Assembly: GCA_051942205.1 (NCBI GenBank)
Contig: JAVECO010000128.1
Span: 1-64,000 of the forward strand
DNA: 64,000 bases
Direction: 5' to 3'
From: Coniocarpon cinnabarinum
Taxonomy: Eukaryota
Part shown: piece by piece, positions 61,987-64,000 of the stretch
How the letters are laid out: every line of letters begins with the position of its first letter
Numbering within the stretch: the first letter of the stretch is position 1
Made by a program: the position numbers and the translations under genes
Notes under the pieces: model-generated
What the model was told of the DNA's origin: nothing
Seen by the model: only the letters and a program-made list of their open reading frames with translations
The model's database searches: none

Positions 61987-64000
61987 ATGGTCCGGCCACA
62001 TCTGCCCTTCCGCCTCTCCAGAACCTCCTCCCTCCATGCCTCCTCCGCGCCTCACCGCTCTCCCAAGACCTCGCAGGGCCCAACCTCAGCGCCTCAGCCT
62101 CCCGCCGCGCCCTCCAAGATGACCACCCACGGCAACATGCAGCTCATGCTGCGTGTCAAGGTGATCAAGGTACTTGGGACCCTGTGCGCCCGCACCCACT
62201 CCCTCGCCGGCACCTGGCTAACACGCCTCACAGGCTCGAAATCTCGCCGCAAAGGACAAGTCGGGCTCGAGTGATCCGGTGCGCTTCCTGCCCATCCGCC
62301 GCCCCGTTCCACGCTGCCCACATGCTGACCCGCTCGCCACTACATAGTACCTCGACATTACCCTAGGAGACACCCGCAACTCCACCGCATCGATACCTAA
62401 GAACCTCAATCCAGAATGGGCAGAGACCATGGAGTTCCCCGTCACCGGGCTGCAGACGCTGCTCCTCGAGGTGACGTGCTGGGACAAGGACCGTTTCGGG
62501 AAGGACTACATGGTCAGACCACACACACCCATTGGACAGGTGGCATGAGGCCATACTTACACCTGGCAGGGCGAGTTTGATGTTCCACTCGAGGACATTT
62601 TCCGCGGGACCACTAAGGCCGAGGCAAGCTCCACTTCCTTCCCTCCCAACACGAGCGGTGTGTGTGTCACTCTTGATCCAATGTACTGACTGTCGTGCTA
62701 GCCGGACTGGTACGCCCTAGAGTCACGCAAGCCCCCCGGCAAAAAGGAGACTGTCACCGGCCAGGTCCAGCTCGAGTTCGACCTCTACGACCCCATCCAC
62801 TCCTCGGCCACGCCCCAGCAGGTGCTGCAGAAATTCGAGGGCATCGCGGCCGCGGCCACCGATGCAGAGCAAGAGGGAGACGAGGTCGTCTCTCGCACTA
62901 CGAGCGTGGACCCAGACTCTGATTTTGACGACGACACCGTGGACGAATCCGACGCCACCAATGAGAAGAAGTCGACGCGGTCCAAGCTAGCCAGCTTGAA
63001 GCGCAAGGCTAAGCAGCGGGCGTATGAGTTCAGTGGCAATTCGGACCTGGCGGGGGTGTTGTTCCTTGAGATCACCAAGGTGACAGACCTCCCGCCAGAG
63101 CGAAACAGTACGTGTTTTTGCATCAATCACATGGCGTCGCCGTCGCCTTGGCCGTTGGAAACTGACAAAGGCTGGCAGTGACGCGCACATCGTTTGACAT
63201 GGATCCATTTGTCATCACTTCGCTGGGCAAAAAGACGTACAAGACCAAGGTCATACGACACAACCTCAACCCGGTCTATGACGAGCGTCTCGTCTTCCAA
63301 GTCTTGAAACACGAGGTCAATTACTCGCTCAGCTTCAGCGTGGTGGATCGTGACGTCGGCTCTGGCAATGACTTTATCGGATCGTGCTCGTTTCCGCTCG
63401 AGAAAGTTGCGACTGTTGCTCCAGAGGCCGACCCAAAGACAGGTCTATATCCGCTTAAAGAGGCACCGTCGGTGATGCACAACGGCTCTGCTGGGGAGGA
63501 AAAGAAAAAGTGGTTCAGACTCCCGCTGTCCCGTCAAAGCTCTTCACAGAGTCTCAAAAGTGTCAAGTCCGGATTGCAGAAGAGTTCTTCGTCGACATCA
63601 CTCAGCAATGGCAACACCGAAAGCGGGTATTTAAGTCACACCACCTCCCAAGTCGAAGGCGCCTTGGGAGTTCCGGTCCAGCACGCCACTTCGTCGTCCT
63701 CTCTGGAAGATCCCGATCTCAAGTCGTTTGACCTTGCACTCCAGATGAAGAAACAGGACCGATGGGAAGGCAAGCATGCACCCGTGGTTCACATCAAAGC
63801 CAAATACCTCCCCTACAAGGCCTTACGACAGCAGTTCTGGCGTGCCATGTTGCGGCAGTACGATGCCGACGATAGTGGCTCGATGAGCAAGGTGGAGCTG
63901 ACCACCATGCTGGATACCCTCGGTTCAACGCTGCATGAGTCTACCATCGACTCGTTTTTCCAGCGGTTCCAAGATTCCACCGACTTGGGCGAACCTTCAC
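61987..64000 (+). CDS. PSD2: Phosphatidylserine decarboxylase 2 (C2-C2-EF-hand N-terminal part; truncated by the window end)
   Basis: ARNLAAKDKSGSSDPYL...NLNPEW...CWDKDRFGKDYMGEF; LFLEITKVTDLPPERN..RTSFDMDPFVITSLG; YLPYKALRQQFWRAMLRQYDADDSG...ELTTMLDTLGSTL. Confidence 0.93.

Noticed and set aside
62552..62575. ATACTTACACCTGGCAGGGCGAG resembles the 5' end of metazoan U1 snRNA
   Set aside because: It has a 2-nt insertion in the critical ACTTACCTG, coincides with a PSD2 branch/acceptor/exon junction, and no U1 body or Sm site follows.

Overview
Eukaryotic, intron-containing fungal DNA (filamentous ascomycete, Pezizomycotina-type GT-AG introns with CTRAY branch sites). The bacterial-style ORF track (TTG/GTG starts, no splicing) therefore fragments most genes, and I re-spliced them by eye. 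About 22 protein-coding genes: HSL-like lipase, GH30 beta-1,6-glucanase, Pth11-like membrane protein, ARG8, an 878-aa membrane protein, a metallophosphoesterase, TRM7, a 404-aa orphan, COQ5, MAK5, cytochrome b5, a complete phytochrome, STE20/PAK kinase, a UNC93-like MFS protein, HSE1, two sugar transporters, a single-domain MetE-like enzyme, a BCS1-like AAA ATPase, a paxillin-like LIM protein, a group I G-alpha, and PSD2 (runs off the right edge). Most of the window is ordinary housekeeping and signalling territory, and I cannot support a new multi-gene system. The unexplained structure is non-coding: (i) a gap-free 132-bp-arm foldback at 3984-4322 whose mismatches are both RIP-like and G.U-wobble compatible; (ii) a ~1.9-kb patch (37.2-39.0 kb) built from many unrelated tandem repeats, including an 18-bp array open in five frames, a short MARTK ORF and a 47-bp repeat carrying splice signals; (iii) regulatory oddities: a uORF ending on the phytochrome ATG, a triple-open STE20 leader around a CT microsatellite, a recurrent GATACC 3'-UTR motif, and a GC-AG intron.
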